From: Myxococcota bacterium
GTDB lineage: Bacteria; Myxococcota_A; UBA9042; PHBI01; JAWLBL01
Length of the DNA: 64,000 nucleotides
Reading direction: 5' to 3'
Assembly: GCA_041687695.1 (NCBI GenBank)
Contig: JAWLBL010000010.1
Location: 66,676-130,675 of the forward strand
The notes beneath the pieces are model-generated. The model ran no database searches, was not told the DNA's origin, and saw only the letters and a list, made by a program, of their open reading frames with translations. The position numbers and the translations under genes are program-made. Each line of letters begins with the position of its first letter. Within the stretch, counting starts at the first letter, position 1. This document shows positions 61,622 to 64,000 of the stretch, piece by piece.

Positions 61622-62943
61622 GTCCGCTCCTCCCGGCCGCCCTCGGCGGCGTCCTCGCTGCGCCAGACGACCTGGCCGCCGACCATGGTGAGCACCGCGC
61701 GCCCACGCGCAACCTGTCCCACGAAGGGCGAGTTGCGCGCCCGGCTGCGCAGCGTCCCCCCGTCGGGGATCCAGGTCGCCCGCGGGTCGATGGCCGTCAG
61801 ATCCGCCGGCGCCCCGACCGTCAGGCCGGCGTCTCCCGCCCGCCCCAGGACGCGGCGCGGCCCGGTCGACAGCACCTCGACGGCCCGCAGCGGCGTCAGC
61901 GCCCCGTCGGCGACCAGCCGCAGCACCAGCGGCAGCGCCAGCTCGAGGCCCATGATCCCCGTCGCCGCCAGATCCAGCTCGAACGCCTTGTCGCGCTCGT
62001 GGTGCGGCTGGTGATCGCTGACCACCGCGTCCACCAGCCCCGACGCGACCGCCTGCCGCAGCGCGTCCCGGTCGGCCTCGCTGCGCAGCGGCGGCCACAC
62101 CTTGGCGTTCGGGTCGAAGGTCTGCAGCGCCGACGCGGTCAGCGTCAGGTGGTGCGCGGTCACGTCACAGGTGACCGGCACGCCGCGCTCCTTGGCCCGC
62201 GCCACCAGCGCGAGGGCGCCCGCGGTGCTGATGCGCGTCAGGTGCAGCCGCGCCCCGGTCAGCTCGGCCAGCGCGAGGTCCCGCGCCACGGCCATCACCT
62301 CGGCCGCCGCCGGCGAGGCTGGCAGCCCGAGCCGCGTCGACCACGGCCCCTCGTCGCAGATCCCGCCCAGCGTCGGCTCGACGGCCGAGCTGGCGACCGG
62401 CAGGTCGAACATCGCCGAGTACTCGAGCACCCGCCGCATCAGGCGCGCGCTCTTGACCGGCCTTTCGCCCTGGGTGACCGCGACGCAGCCCGCCTCGGCC
62501 AGCTCTCCGATGGCCGCCAGCGTCTCGTCCGCCAGGTTCGCCGTCGCCGCGCCCATCGGCCACAGCCGAGCCGCCCCCGCCGCCCGAGCTCGCTCGAGCA
62601 CCTGCGCCACGACCGCCGCGTTGTCCGTCACCGGGTCGGTGTCGGGCGTCGCGCACACGGCGGTGAACCCGCCGGACGCCGCCGCGCGCAGGCCGCTGAC
62701 GACGTCCTCCTTGTACTCGAACCCCGGCTCGCGCAGCGACGCCCGCAGGTCGACCAGCCCCGGCGCCAGCCAGGCCCCGCGCAGGTCCTCGACCTGGTCG
62801 CCCGGCTGCTCGCCGACCGGCCCCTCGCCCTCGGTCGCCACCACCGCGACGCGCCCGTCCTCGACCACCACGGTCCCGACGCGGTCGAGGCCCAGGGCGG
62901 GGTCGAGGAGGCGGGCGCCCTTCAGGATGCGTCGCGTGCTCAT
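61618..62943 (-). CDS. pyrC: Dihydroorotase-like protein lacking the metal ligands (PyrC' type)
   Basis: Amidohydrolase fold ('REPG', 'GGFT', 'PPLR', 'DH.PH'), but HxH reads 'DLRAS'. Confidence 0.85.
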
Positions 62944-62950
62944 CAGCCCC

Positions 62951-63886
62951 TCACTCGGTGAGCTTGCCGCCGCCGGCGACCAGGTAGAGCACCGCCATGC
63001 GGACGGCCACGCCGTTGGTCACCTGCTCGAGGATGACGTTCTTGTCGCCGTCGGCCACCTCGGGCGCGATCTCGACGCCGCGGTTGATGGGCCCCGGGTG
63101 CATCACGATGGCGTCGTCCTTGGCCAGGCGCAGCCGCTCGGGCGTCAGGCCGAAGAAGCGGAAGTACTCGCGATCGCTCGGGAAGAGGTCGCGGCCCATG
63201 CGCTCCTTCTGGATGCGCAGCATCATGACCACGTCGGCGCCCTCGAGCGCCGGCTCGGCCCGCCGGTGCACGGTCGCGCCCAGCTCGGCCAGCGCCGGCG
63301 GGAGCATCGTCGCCGGCCCCGCCACGTGCACGTCGGCGCCCAGCGTCGTCAGGCCGAACAGGTTCGAGCGTGCGACGCGGCTGTGGGTGATGTCGCCGAT
63401 GATGGCGACCTTCAGCCCGGCGAGGCGCTGCTTGTGCTCGCGGATGGTCATCATGTCGAGCAGCGCCTGGGTCGGGTGCTCGTGCCAGCCGTCGCCCGCG
63501 TTGACGATGGACGCGTCGATGTGCTGCGTCAGCAGGTGCGCCGACCCCGGCGAGCTGTGCCGGATGACCAGGATGTCGGGCGCCATCGCCTGCAGGTTCC
63601 TCACCGTGTCGATGAGCGTCTCGCCCTTGGTCAGGCTGGACGTCGACGCGCTGAAGCTGAGCGTGTCGGCCGACAGGCGCTTCTCGGCGACCTCGAAGCT
63701 CAGGCGCGTCCGCGTCGAGCTCTCGACGAAGAAGTTGACCACCATGACGCCGCGCAGCGCGGGCACCTTCTTCATCCGGCGCTCGCCGATGCGCTTGAAG
63801 TGGTCGGCCAGGTCCAGGATGCCGGTCAGCGTCTCGGGGCCGAGGCCCTCGATGCCGAGCAGGTGGCGCAGGGTCAGCGGCGTCAC
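62951..63886 (-). CDS. pyrB: Aspartate carbamoyltransferase catalytic subunit
   Basis: 'ESSTRT', '[10 protein letters not shown]', 'HSRVARS', 'RIQKER', '[10 protein letters not shown]'. Confidence 0.97.
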   Translation of the reverse strand: MTPLTLRHLLGIEGLGPETLTGILDLADHFKRIGERRMKKVPALRGVMVVNFFVESSTRTRLSFEVAEKRLSADTLSFSASTSSLTKGETLIDTVRNLQAMAPDILVIRHSSPGSAHLLTQHIDASIVNAGDGWHEHPTQALLDMMTIREHKQRLAGLKVAIIGDITHSRVARSNLFGLTTLGADVHVAGPATMLPPALAELGATVHRRAEPALEGADVVMMLRIQKERMGRDLFPSDREYFRFFGLTPERLRLAKDDAIVMHPGPINRGVEIAPEVADGDKNVILEQVTNGVAVRMAVLYLVAGGGKLTE

Positions 63887-64000
63887 GGCTGGTCCCCCGG
63901 GCGGGTCCGCAGGTACAGGGCGGCGCGGTCCTCGGCGGCCCCGGCCTCGGTCAGCTCGACGCGCACGGTGTGCGCCGCTTCGGTGGTCAGGCTCAGGCCG
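63883..64000 (-). CDS. pyrR: C-terminus of a probable PyrR (runs off the window)
   Basis: '[29 protein letters not shown]...P*', stop overlapping the pyrB GTG; expected gene order. Confidence 0.6.
   Translation of the reverse strand, partial: GLSLTTEAAHTVRVELTEAGAAEDRAALYLRTRPGDQP

Overview
Very GC-rich bacterial chromosomal window, most consistent with a myxobacterium (Myxococcota); the lineage is inferred from the gene content and a 'CGDG..EQCD' Cys-rich repeat. From left to right it holds: the end of a chemosensory cluster (MCP, CheA-REC hybrid, CheB, PAS/GAF histidine kinase); an accessory stretch with tandem Uma2 nucleases and a three-lipoprotein operon; tyrosine catabolism (hppD, hmgA); surface proteins (lipoprotein-pilin fusion, RCC1-repeat lipoprotein); serC; a SEC-C/RelE-like fusion; hrpB; a microsatellite next to a frameshifted four-helix-bundle gene; a complete alternative complex III plus A2-type cytochrome c oxidase cluster; tsaC/sua5; tRNA-Glu and tRNA-Lys; and the pyrR-pyrB-pyrC'-carA operon. 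The best candidate for an undescribed system is the operon at 12860-16813. Its first lipoprotein has a gasdermin-like beta-hairpin layout, and the operon also encodes a lipoprotein caspase-like (C14) protease. This suggests an exported, membrane-anchored gasdermin/caspase module. All domain calls were made by eye from motifs; no searches were run.
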